Origin: a virus
Lineage: Duplodnaviria; Caudoviricetes
Direction: 5' to 3' (one strand)
Length of the DNA stretch: 60,496 nucleotides
Virus record (IMG/VR): IMGVR_UViG_3300033146_000395
Coordinates: 1-60,496 of that record
How positions within the stretch are numbered: the first letter of the stretch is position 1; every line of letters starts with the position of its first letter. The translations under genes and the position numbers were made by a program. The notes under the pieces are model-generated. The model ran no database searches and had not been told where the DNA came from. It was given only the letters and a program-made list of their open reading frames with translations. Positions 48,664 to 55,985 of the stretch are shown piece after piece.

Positions 48664-49146
48664 CTACCAAAGGGCTACGATGTTATCTGCTGTTGTAGCA
48701 GTTTGCTTTACTTTTAAAACTTGCACCGGTATAAACGATCCGGTTGGTACGTTTTTAAAGGAAACATCATTACCGCTGGTAGTGACAACCTGAAGATCCC
48801 CAGTATCACCAACATATAAAACACATCCAGTGTTTATTCCTGCCGGTGGAGAGTAGAGTCTATATGTAGCTCCAGTTGCTCCTTGAAACGCATCAGAACT
48901 TAAGTCTAGTTCAGTTTCACTTACCACATTGATAACACTTGCTGAAGTATTATCTCTTGTGTTGTAAACTAAATCTCCAACTTTTATTTTGTCTGTTTGA
49001 AATGTTGCAGCGCTATCAATAAGCTTGCTAGCTGTTACCGTCGTGCTTGTTCCAGAAAACTCACTACCCCCTGGTACTGGTATTTCTAGATCATCACTTG
49101 GTGTCACCTCAAGAGCAGCTCCTACTTGTAGTTTTTGGTATGCCAT
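48664..49146 (-). CDS. Head spike base protein (RcGTA Rcc01079-like) with an inserted domain
   Basis: VTPSD...LYVGDTGDLQV...VSFKNVPTGSFIPVQV.KV...TTADNIVALW. Confidence 0.65.
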   Translation of the reverse strand: MAYQKLQVGAALEVTPSDDLEIPVPGGSEFSGTSTTVTASKLIDSAATFQTDKIKVGDLVYNTRDNTSASVINVVSETELDLSSDAFQGATGATYRLYSPPAGINTGCVLYVGDTGDLQVVTTSGNDVSFKNVPTGSFIPVQVLKVKQTATTADNIVALW

Positions 49147-49307
49147 TATTCATTGTTTTGATAAGGAAAAACTCTATTGAGAGTGTCTCTTCTCTGACCA
49201 CAACCACATGGTTTTCCTGTAGCCTCAGACACTTTATCTACAACAGCTTTTATTCCAGTTGCTTTAGTAAACTTTTCTATACTATCTCCTAGCCCTCTTG
49301 ATTTCAT
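49146..49307 (-). CDS. Small conserved phage protein (53 aa, not in ORF track)
   Basis: MKSRGLGDSIEKFTKATGIK...PCGCGQRRDTLNRVFPY. Confidence 0.7.
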   Translation of the reverse strand: MKSRGLGDSIEKFTKATGIKAVVDKVSEATGKPCGCGQRRDTLNRVFPYQNNE

Positions 49308-49513
49308 TTTGATGAGTGATATTTATTTAGGAATGAATTTTTAAAAGACATTTTCTCGTAACTCATAGAGTGATCTCCTCCATACGAATGTCCATAATAT
49401 TTTTTAGACATTGCTTTAGATTCGTCCCTACGATCTTTCATTGATTGAGAGTGACTGCCTTTATGTTTGTTTCCGAGTGACTCGTCTAAGCGAGCGTTAT
49501 AACCTTGTCCCAT
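49304..49513 (-). CDS. Small basic His/Ser/Lys-rich protein
   Basis: QGYNARLDESLG...QSMKDRRDESK. Confidence 0.65.
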   Translation of the reverse strand: MGQGYNARLDESLGNKHKGSHSQSMKDRRDESKAMSKKYYGHSYGGDHSMSYEKMSFKNSFLNKYHSSK

Positions 49514-49528
49514 TTGTTTTATTTTTTA

Positions 49529-49536
49529 CAAAGATA
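49529..49536 (-). promoter_or_regulatory. Late-type -7 element TATCTTTG(TA)
   Basis: CAAAGATA 16 nt upstream of 49513. Confidence 0.65.
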
Positions 49537-49542
49537 GTTATT

Positions 49543-49833
49543 TTAATATTTTCCTTTTTTTGATTTTGGCGAACTCGCTTTACTTCCGCCCGGACCTGCC
49601 CACAAATGCTTACAAGCCCAATACCTTGCTGTCATTTTATCTTTAGCAGTAGAACATTTATGTCTTGCTTTAAAAGATTTTCTTGCAGCGCTAGAGTAGT
49701 TATGACCATATCCGCTAGCTCCGAAATGAATCAGCTTTTCTCTTCCATTAGAGCAAGCCTTTACCATTTTTTTCTTACCAGCTCTGTCGCTTTTAACAAC
49801 GACATTACATTTCATTTTAGCTTTATTTGCCAT
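49543..49833 (-). CDS. Small basic phage protein
   Basis: KLIHFGASG...RKSFKARHKC...TARYWAC..LW motif seen in many aquatic phages. Confidence 0.75.
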   Translation of the reverse strand: MANKAKMKCNVVVKSDRAGKKKMVKACSNGREKLIHFGASGYGHNYSSAARKSFKARHKCSTAKDKMTARYWACKHLWAGPGGSKASSPKSKKGKY

Positions 49834-49834
49834 A

Positions 49835-50377
49835 TTAACTTAGATCTATTACACTATACCAGAAGTATAGATTCATTGTTGTGTCTCCTTGTGTTATTGT
49901 TCCCCCAGTAGCTTGATCTTCCCATCTTAATGTTAGAGCTTCGTTCACCCCTAACGTAGCTAATGGTGTTGTTGGAAACGAAACATCTGTAAAAATATCA
50001 GAGGTTGTGTTAAGGTCTGCGCTACTTAGAACAGGACCAGGGCTAGCAGATCCGTCTGCAGCCAAAGTTAGGTTGGCAGAAAAATCAAACGCAACGCTAG
50101 AAAAGTCATAGTAAACCTGAGCTTTAACTATAGATATTAGCTTGTTTTCTCCGGGAGCTTCTATAAGTTCTATCGTTTTTGTTGGAACATTATTGAATGT
50201 GAAAAACTCAAGCGTTGTTATTTGAGATTTAGACGTAACAATAGATCCACCACTAAAAGCCTGAGATATTGTACAGGTTCTAGTTTTGTTTGAGTTACTG
50301 CCATCAGTATACACCATCAAATCAGATCCTGCTGGAGCTTGAGTTGGGTATGCTCTTACGTTACTTATTCTTGCCAT
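49835..50377 (-). CDS. Virion appendage protein sharing the fibre N-terminal anchor
   Basis: MARISN..AYP...GSDL...TD..N.NKT resembles the N-terminus of 42761-46678. Confidence 0.55.
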   Translation of the reverse strand: MARISNVRAYPTQAPAGSDLMVYTDGSNSNKTRTCTISQAFSGGSIVTSKSQITTLEFFTFNNVPTKTIELIEAPGENKLISIVKAQVYYDFSSVAFDFSANLTLAADGSASPGPVLSSADLNTTSDIFTDVSFPTTPLATLGVNEALTLRWEDQATGGTITQGDTTMNLYFWYSVIDLS

Positions 50378-50383
50378 TTTATT

Positions 50384-50635
50384 TTATCTTTTTGTAAATT
50401 TTTTAGTTACTCTTCCTGCGGGAGTGTTGGCAACAAACTGCCGGCTTCTCCCTTGTCTTTTCTTTTTCTTTGCAGTAGCAGCCCTTTCTGACTTGCTCAT
50501 GCTTTGCGCCTTCTTCAAAGGAAGGCATCTGTCTGGATTCTTTTTGTCCTTGCTTGTTCCACAAGCGCCAAGGATCGAACCATCCGTACCAATACGCACC
50601 CATTTTTCGTTCACCCATTTTTTTAATTCGCCCAT
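50384..50635 (-). CDS. Small basic phage protein (DUF5872-like)
   Basis: LKKWVNEKWV...CG...RCLPLKKA..MS..ER; start placed at MGELKK. Confidence 0.7.
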   Translation of the reverse strand: MGELKKWVNEKWVRIGTDGSILGACGTSKDKKNPDRCLPLKKAQSMSKSERAATAKKKKRQGRSRQFVANTPAGRVTKKFTKR

Positions 50636-50636
50636 A

Positions 50637-51137
50637 TTATGATGATAATTCAACTGTCCAATAAAATGGGAATGATCCCCCACTTTGATATAATCTTCCT
50701 GTAAAGTTTATAGCTCCCCAATAATCTCCAGCTGGCAATGGGTTGTTTGATAGTGGAACTACAAATTTAGAGTTACATGCATTTCTGATTCCAGATCCAG
50801 CTGGCTGGGTGTATGGTCCGTATTCTCTAGCCAATAAATTTCTAGATGAGTTGAACCAAAATCTAAGGTTTAAAGATGTATATTCTATATTGTTTGGTAA
50901 ATTCACACAAACCTTCATTACAGGTTGAGCCGTGCCAGATGTAACTCTAATTGAAAAATCACTGTTAGATCTGCTTCCGGTTGAAAAATTACCCTCTTCC
51001 ACCCAAGTAAATGTAGATTGAGGAGTTCCGGAATGAGTGTTGTTTGGGAAATACTGTAAGTTTGACGCAGGGGGTGGAGTTGACGAAGTAATAACTCCGT
51101 TATCAATTCTATTCCCAACCATTATGCCTAAAGCCAT
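50637..51137 (-). CDS. Putative head spike/fibre protein
   Basis: MALGIMVG N-terminus, PPP linker, then a beta-rich domain. Confidence 0.45.
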   Translation of the reverse strand: MALGIMVGNRIDNGVITSSTPPPASNLQYFPNNTHSGTPQSTFTWVEEGNFSTGSRSNSDFSIRVTSGTAQPVMKVCVNLPNNIEYTSLNLRFWFNSSRNLLAREYGPYTQPAGSGIRNACNSKFVVPLSNNPLPAGDYWGAINFTGRLYQSGGSFPFYWTVELSS

Positions 51138-51139
51138 AC

Positions 51140-51496
51140 TTATTTCTTTTTATAGTCAAAGTTCTCTCCAGAAACAGAAAGCTTATCAATCACTTCACTC
51201 TGCAAATCTCTAAGCAGCTTTTCTAGTTTATCTTTCTCAACAACCATCTGACCAACCTTATCTTCCAATGCATCGTTCTTTGCCCTCAAAGATTCAACTT
51301 CTTCAGGGTTCTTGCCAATGAAAGTATAGATCACAACTGACAAAGACCCAACGAGCATACCTACAATAACCTTGAAGATGTCGTTGTTAGTTTGTGGGAT
51401 TTCAAAGAATGCTAAAAATAATAGCAAACCCATCACAAGCACGAACACTGTGGCAGCACCTACATAACCTCTAAGTTCTTTATCCTTTAAAATCAT
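51140..51496 (-). CDS. Two-TM membrane protein with coiled coil
   Basis: Two hydrophobic helices followed by heptad repeats. Confidence 0.65.
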   Translation of the reverse strand: MILKDKELRGYVGAATVFVLVMGLLLFLAFFEIPQTNNDIFKVIVGMLVGSLSVVIYTFIGKNPEEVESLRAKNDALEDKVGQMVVEKDKLEKLLRDLQSEVIDKLSVSGENFDYKKK

Positions 51497-51675
51497 TTAC
51501 CTACTATTTTTTTGATTGCTTTATTTTTGAATGGAGCTTTGGTGATGACACTGTCTTGAACTTTAGCGTTCTTTAGATCTTCAAGAAATGCAACATTGTA
51601 AGCATGACCTGTTGGACCTACTTTAATGGTATCTTTCTTTTTAGCTATTTTTTTAAGGTACTTTGGTGGTATCAT
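51493..51675 (-). CDS. Small basic protein
   Basis: 60 aa, Lys-rich, overlaps both neighbours. Confidence 0.55.
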   Translation of the reverse strand: MIPPKYLKKIAKKKDTIKVGPTGHAYNVAFLEDLKNAKVQDSVITKAPFKNKAIKKIVGK

Positions 51676-51797
51676 TACTTTTTCTTTTTAGATGCTTTGG
51701 CTTTTGCTCGCAAAGCTGGAAAATCCGCAGCGTTTATAATATTATATGGGTATGCAGCTTTAGCAATTTTTTTCTGTCTGACGGTTAGTTTACTCAT
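51675..51797 (-). CDS. Small basic protein (40 aa, not in ORF track)
   Basis: MSKLTVRQKKIAKAAYPYNIINAADFPALRAKAKASKKKK; stop/start coupled. Confidence 0.65.
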   Translation of the reverse strand: MSKLTVRQKKIAKAAYPYNIINAADFPALRAKAKASKKKK

Positions 51798-51913
51798 TTC
51801 TTTTTCTTTGTCATTGAGTTGATCATTCTTTCTATTTTTGCTGCCTGTTGAGCATGCATTCTAGATGCCCCCTTTAGTTGCTTAACAACATCCTTCATTT
51901 GCTTTATGTTCAT
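51794..51913 (-). CDS. Small basic protein (39 aa, not in ORF track)
   Basis: MNIKQMKDVVKQLKGASRMHAQQAAKIERMINSMTKKKK; ATGA overlaps. Confidence 0.65.
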   Translation of the reverse strand: MNIKQMKDVVKQLKGASRMHAQQAAKIERMINSMTKKKK

Positions 51914-52074
51914 TTCTTTTTTCTTTTAGACGATTTAGCGTAGTTAGGATCTTTACAGTATTTACTTGCAGCGAGATTAGCGTAGGCACTTGGATATCTA
52001 TCAAAGGTTCTTTTGGCCCACGCAATCCCAGCTGGACAAATCTTGTTTCCTTTTTTCTTAGCCTTTCTTGCCAT
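51910..52074 (-). CDS. Small basic protein (54 aa, not in ORF track)
   Basis: MARKAKKKGNKICPAGIAWAKRTFDRYPSAYANLAASKYCKDPNY... Confidence 0.7.
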   Translation of the reverse strand: MARKAKKKGNKICPAGIAWAKRTFDRYPSAYANLAASKYCKDPNYAKSSKRKKK

Positions 52075-52076
52075 GA

Positions 52077-52217
52077 CTAGTAATCTTTCTCCATGCCATA
52101 TCCTGGATTATTTGTCTTTTTACCTCCGTGCATTTTTGCGTAGCAATCTGCCTGAGCTTTACCTGTTGCGGTGTACGGAAACTTTTTAGTTTTTCCCTTT
52201 ACTTTTACTGTAGGCAT
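52077..52217 (-). CDS. Small basic protein (46 aa, not in ORF track)
   Basis: MPTVKVKGKTKKFPYTATGKAQA...; KKFPYT..G motif. Confidence 0.7.
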   Translation of the reverse strand: MPTVKVKGKTKKFPYTATGKAQADCYAKMHGGKKTNNPGYGMEKDY

Positions 52218-52247
52218 AACTTATGGTTTTAAAATATTAATTTTGTA

Positions 52248-52255
52248 CAAAGATA
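52248..52255 (-). promoter_or_regulatory. Late-type -7 element TATCTTTG(TA)
   Basis: CAAAGATA upstream of the basic mini-gene run. Confidence 0.65.
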
Positions 52256-52269
52256 ATAAATGTACTCGA

Positions 52270-52743
52270 ATGAAATTTGACAAGAAGATACGCAAAAACT
52301 ACGACAGAAAACCGCCTGGGTATGATTACATGAAGTATTACAGGGTGGTTAGGCACTGGGTAACGGCTAAGTATGGAGTTTCTACAGCTGATCTAGAGAT
52401 GATGTTCTTTCTATATAGCGAACAAATATTCAGCAGAACTAAGTTCAACGAGTTTGAAGAGCTCATGTCTTGGGATGACAAAAGATTCAAAAGACTTGTA
52501 AGGGAAGGTTGGATTGGCATATGGAGGAAGAGGCAGGGATCTCAGAAGACATTGTACGAACTATCATACAAAGGGAAGCGATTGATCACTACGGTATACA
52601 AGAAACTGAACGGTGAGGAAATATCTGAGCAGAAGAACCCCATGTTTTTAAAAGGAGCCTCCTACTCAGATCGGGTTTACAGGAACATGATCGTTGAGAT
52701 GAACAAAGCTATAAGACAACAACGACGTCTTTCTCGAGAATGA
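52270..52743 (+). CDS. Winged-helix (MarR-like) DNA-binding protein
   Basis: YGVSTADLEMMFFLY...RFKRLVREGWI...LYELSYKGK wing motif; ATG 52270 preferred over GTG 52171. Confidence 0.65.
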   Translation: MKFDKKIRKNYDRKPPGYDYMKYYRVVRHWVTAKYGVSTADLEMMFFLYSEQIFSRTKFNEFEELMSWDDKRFKRLVREGWIGIWRKRQGSQKTLYELSYKGKRLITTVYKKLNGEEISEQKNPMFLKGASYSDRVYRNMIVEMNKAIRQQRRLSRE

Positions 52744-52966
52744 CAGTGTATGGTTTGTCGTCTATAAGGACTGTATGTCCTGCGTGCTTGTCAAAATAAA
52801 TATTATCGTTTTCTTTTATTGAGTCAACAAGAGTGCCTGGTTTAATAACGACGCCCTTTTGATATCTTATGGACTTCTCGTCCTCCGCAGACAGAAGGAG
52901 TCCAGACTCAGTCTTAAACTCCTCCTTTATCTTTTCAACTATAATATATTTATTAATTGGTTTCAT
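52709..52966 (-). CDS. groES: Co-chaperonin GroES (Cpn10)
   Basis: MKPINKYIIV, KTESGLLL mobile loop, GVVIKPG, IKENDNIYF. Confidence 0.9.
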   Translation of the reverse strand: MKPINKYIIVEKIKEEFKTESGLLLSAEDEKSIRYQKGVVIKPGTLVDSIKENDNIYFDKHAGHTVLIDDKPYTVILEKDVVVVL

Positions 52967-54539
52967 ATGTTCTGGCCATTGTTACAATTGCATTTGTAGA
53001 AAGAATAGTTGTAGCTACAGAGAGTGCGTTCTTCAGTGCGTTCTTAGTAACCTTTGCTGGATCTATGATTCCCATCTTATACAGATCACCAACTTCGCCC
53101 GTCTTCGCATTCAAACCTTGACTAAAGAACTCGGTTAACTGCCCGCTCACAGAGTCTGGATCTGTTCCGGCGTTGACAAGGATTTGTCTAAACGGCGCAC
53201 GTAGTGCGTCACGCATAATTTTTTCAGCGTCACTTGCGCTATCATTGTCCCAATCAGAGGTCATCTTATATAGAACGCTACCTCCACCTGGTATGATTCC
53301 TTCTTCAAGTGCAGAGCGAACTGCACACACCGCGTCGTCAACGCGGTCAAATTTTTCTTTCTGCTCCACATCAGAGTTACCCCCAACATAAATCACGCCT
53401 ACCGAACCGCTCAGTCCTGCGATACGCTCACTGATAAAATCACGATCACCCTTCTTAGTGGTATTCTGCAGTGCTTCACGCAGCTCAACGATACGCTGGT
53501 CTATCACAGCTTGGTTATCACCCTGCTCTTTGACAAGAACCGTTTGGTCTCTTCCCACCACAATACGATCCACATGCCCTAGATCAGACATACTAATCAA
53601 CTCAAGGTTATCTCCTGTAGATTCTGAGAAGTACTTTGCTCCAACCGACACAGCGATATCCTGCATAAGCTCATGCTGACGATACCCGAAACTTGGCGGA
53701 GGAACGTTACATATCTTCAGATTGTTCTTCACGACATTAGCAGCAAGGGTGTTTATCACATTACCCGTACATGTACCTATGATCAGTAACTTCTTGTTGG
53801 CTTGAATGATCGGCTTGAGTATATTCTCAATCGCAAGTATGCTGTTTATTTCTTGGTCTGTAACCAGAACCAGAACGTCATCTAAGATACACTCGTCCTT
53901 TCTCTGGTTGTTTACAAAAAGATTCGATGAGTATCCTCTATCTATCTTCAAACCCTTTGTAACCTCAGCATACGTCTCCGTTGTTTGAGACTTCTCTACT
54001 GTCACCACACCGTTCTTCCCAACACTGTGATAAGCGTCCGATATGACTTTTCCCAGTTCTTTATCGTTATTAGCCGAGATTGTGGCTACATCGAGCATGG
54101 TCTTTTTAGTAAGCCGTTTCGCCTTAGAGTCTATACTTGATACCACTTGGTCTGTGATATTAGCCATTTCTCGTAGCGTCTCCGCCTTGTTGTTTTTAAT
54201 GTACTTTGTGCCGGCCTTGACCATTGCTTCAGTGAGCACGATGGCAGTAGTAGTACCGTCCCCAGCTTGAGTGGCTGTCTTGTCTGCAGCCTCCTTCATC
54301 ATCTTCACTGCTAAGTTCTCAACCGGATGAATAAGATCAATACTCTTGGCTACCGTCACCCCGTCCTTTGTAACCGTAATGCCGTGCGTGTGATTAGGTG
54401 ACTCAATAATAACTGTGTTGCCTCGAGGACCGAGCGTGCTCTTTACAGCTGATGCTATTTTCTCTATACCATTAACAAGATTCTCCCTACCCTTGTCGTC
54501 GAAGAAAAGTTCCTTCGGACTATAACCTGATTCGTTCAT
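52953..54539 (-). CDS. groEL: Chaperonin GroEL (Cpn60)
   Basis: TLGPRG, VTKDGVTVAK, AGDGTTTA, ISANND, EEGIIPGGG, GIIDPAKVT. Confidence 0.97.
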   Translation of the reverse strand: MNESGYSPKELFFDDKGRENLVNGIEKIASAVKSTLGPRGNTVIIESPNHTHGITVTKDGVTVAKSIDLIHPVENLAVKMMKEAADKTATQAGDGTTTAIVLTEAMVKAGTKYIKNNKAETLREMANITDQVVSSIDSKAKRLTKKTMLDVATISANNDKELGKVISDAYHSVGKNGVVTVEKSQTTETYAEVTKGLKIDRGYSSNLFVNNQRKDECILDDVLVLVTDQEINSILAIENILKPIIQANKKLLIIGTCTGNVINTLAANVVKNNLKICNVPPPSFGYRQHELMQDIAVSVGAKYFSESTGDNLELISMSDLGHVDRIVVGRDQTVLVKEQGDNQAVIDQRIVELREALQNTTKKGDRDFISERIAGLSGSVGVIYVGGNSDVEQKEKFDRVDDAVCAVRSALEEGIIPGGGSVLYKMTSDWDNDSASDAEKIMRDALRAPFRQILVNAGTDPDSVSGQLTEFFSQGLNAKTGEVGDLYKMGIIDPAKVTKNALKNALSVATTILSTNAIVTMARTYETN

Positions 54540-54559
54540 AAATTAAATTTTATTTGAAA

Positions 54560-54590
54560 CAAATATACTAAAATAATGCCATTACACAAG
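54560..54590 (-). promoter_or_regulatory. Promoter for groEL (-33 TTG, -7 TATATTTG)
   Basis: CAAATATA 54560-54567 and CAA 54587-54589 (19-nt spacer). Confidence 0.6.
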
Positions 54591-54807
54591 AATGACAGAA
54601 TGACGTTTTTTTGGTTTCAAAACACACTAATATATTTTTCTCTCTACTACTAAAAATTTTTTTCTATAAATAGGGTTTATTTTCGTCATTTCGTCATTTT
54701 AGTATAATAGTAAATAGTTAAGTAGTTGATAATAAGAGAGTTAAGTAGTTAAAGTTAAAGTGATGATTCACATTTAAAATCGTCACTCCAGTGACGAAAA
54801 TCGTCAC
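54591..54807. repeat. Cluster of short direct and inverted repeats (TCGTCA motif; AGTTAAGTAGTT x2)
   Basis: TCGTCA at 54683, 54691, 54780, 54801; reverse TGACGA at 54792 and TGACG at 54601; AGTTAAGTAGTT at 54716 and 54739. Confidence 0.8.
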
Positions 54808-54833
54808 AAAAAAGGGCTACACGTAGTAGCCCT
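54808..54833 (-). terminator. Intrinsic terminator
   Basis: On - strand AGGGCTAC-loop-GTAGCCCT followed by T-run. Confidence 0.7.
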
Positions 54834-54860
54834 AGGGTTGAGAGGAAAGGAAAGACTCTA

Positions 54861-55043
54861 CTATGAGAGTAAATCGTTACGCATTTTAGAACGCATTTCT
54901 GCTAGTTCAATTCCGTCTGCAATATCTTTTACGGCTTTAGAAGCCTTCATCTGACGTCGATACATACTTGCCTCCTCGATGCCTGAGATTCCATCAGGTC
55001 TTAGGTTGATTAGTCTTCCGTTTTTTACAATTAGTCCGTCCAT
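54861..55043 (-). CDS. hypothetical protein
   Basis: 60 aa, MDGLIVKNGRLIN. Confidence 0.6.
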   Translation of the reverse strand: MDGLIVKNGRLINLRPDGISGIEEASMYRRQMKASKAVKDIADGIELAEMRSKMRNDLLS

Positions 55044-55045
55044 GT

Positions 55046-55189
55046 TTATTTATATAATAGGTTAATTTCTAGTAATCCTAAATGGATCGAGAACTCACTA
55101 TAGTCGTACTTATCGTCCTTATGGTAGTATGACCATCCGATAGCAAAACCTGTGTGTATTCTGTTTCGGAGTTCAATGATCCAATCCAT
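55046..55189 (-). CDS. small hypothetical protein (47 aa, not in ORF track)
   Basis: MDWIIELRNRIHTGFAIGWSYY...; ends 2 nt before the next ATG. Confidence 0.55.
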   Translation of the reverse strand: MDWIIELRNRIHTGFAIGWSYYHKDDKYDYSEFSIHLGLLEINLLYK

Positions 55190-55192
55190 ATA

Positions 55193-55200
55193 CAAAGATA
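55193..55200 (-). promoter_or_regulatory. Late-type -7 element TATCTTTG(TA), first promoter of the - arm
   Basis: CAAAGATA 3 nt upstream of ATG 55189. Confidence 0.6.
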
Positions 55201-55332
55201 AGGTTTTTTCAGATACCCGTATTGATTGGGTAATATATATATTCTACGTTCGGTGTGTCAATTCGGAAATCGTTTTTTTTTCGTGGGGGGGTGTGTTTTT
55301 TCGTTTGGTTTGTTCTGATTTTTTGGCGTTTT

Positions 55333-55402
55333 TACGCGTGTGTGCGTGTGCGTATGCGTGTATGTGTGTGCGTGTGTGTACGAGCGTGCGTGTATGCGTG
55401 CG
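55333..55402. repeat. Alternating purine-pyrimidine (TG/CG/TA) tract
   Basis: 55333-55382 is 50 nt of perfect alternation, then 19 more nt after one break. Confidence 0.9.
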
Positions 55403-55518
55403 AAGTTTCAAACCCTTTTGCCCTTCCCTCGTTTACATCATCACCCCACCGAACGAAAAGAAAAGAAACAAAAAACCCCCTAATTTCCTTCGATAAACTA
55501 AAAAAAAGTGAAAAAAAA

Positions 55519-55550
55519 TTTGCGTAGTATTTTTGCATTATGTACTTTTG
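55519..55550 (+). promoter_or_regulatory. Early promoter (-33 TTTG, -7 TACTTTTG)
   Basis: TTTG 55519-55522, 20-nt spacer, TACTTTTG 55543-55550, A-tract upstream. Confidence 0.75.
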
Positions 55551-55571
55551 GCGATATAAGTTCTTTTTTTT

Positions 55572-55979
55572 ATGAATACAAAAGCGAAAAACAGCGCAGT
55601 TGTGAACAATAGTAGCAACGCGCCAAAATGGTTTGTTAATGCTCAAAACGTCATTCAAACACTAAACGCAAAAGATGAGCGTACAGCGTTCGATAGCGTT
55701 CGACTAGCAAATCAATTATTCAAAATTGAAAATCGTAGCTTAAGCAAAGTTTACAACGAACTTAAAAATTCGTCTGGGGATATTGCAAAAGCAGTTGCCG
55801 AAGTTTTAGGCAAATCAAGTTTCCCAACCTTTAAAGCGTTCAAAAACGAAGCGAAGCAAGGGCAACAATTTTTTTCAATTTACGCAGGGTTGATGATGTT
55901 AAAAAAATTCAACAAATCAGCCAAACAAGTGGCAAGGGCAAAGCGACAAAGCAAAGCCCAAGCCCAAAAAATAGCATAG
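55572..55979 (+). CDS. First early gene, basic hypothetical protein
   Basis: 135 aa K/A/Q-rich, directly downstream of the promoter. Confidence 0.7.
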   Translation: MNTKAKNSAVVNNSSNAPKWFVNAQNVIQTLNAKDERTAFDSVRLANQLFKIENRSLSKVYNELKNSSGDIAKAVAEVLGKSSFPTFKAFKNEAKQGQQFFSIYAGLMMLKKFNKSAKQVARAKRQSKAQAQKIA

Positions 55980-55985
55980 TTTGCG

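Noticed and set aside
54591-54807. CRISPR array or mini-array
   Set aside because: Repeats are only 6-12 nt, in both orientations, with irregular spacing; no cas genes.
55152-55658. ORFs 55152-55496, 55255-55527 and 55332-55658 with VCVRVC / HTHTR repeats
   Set aside because: They are translations of the alternating purine-pyrimidine tract and skewed arms; low complexity and they span the divergent promoter region.
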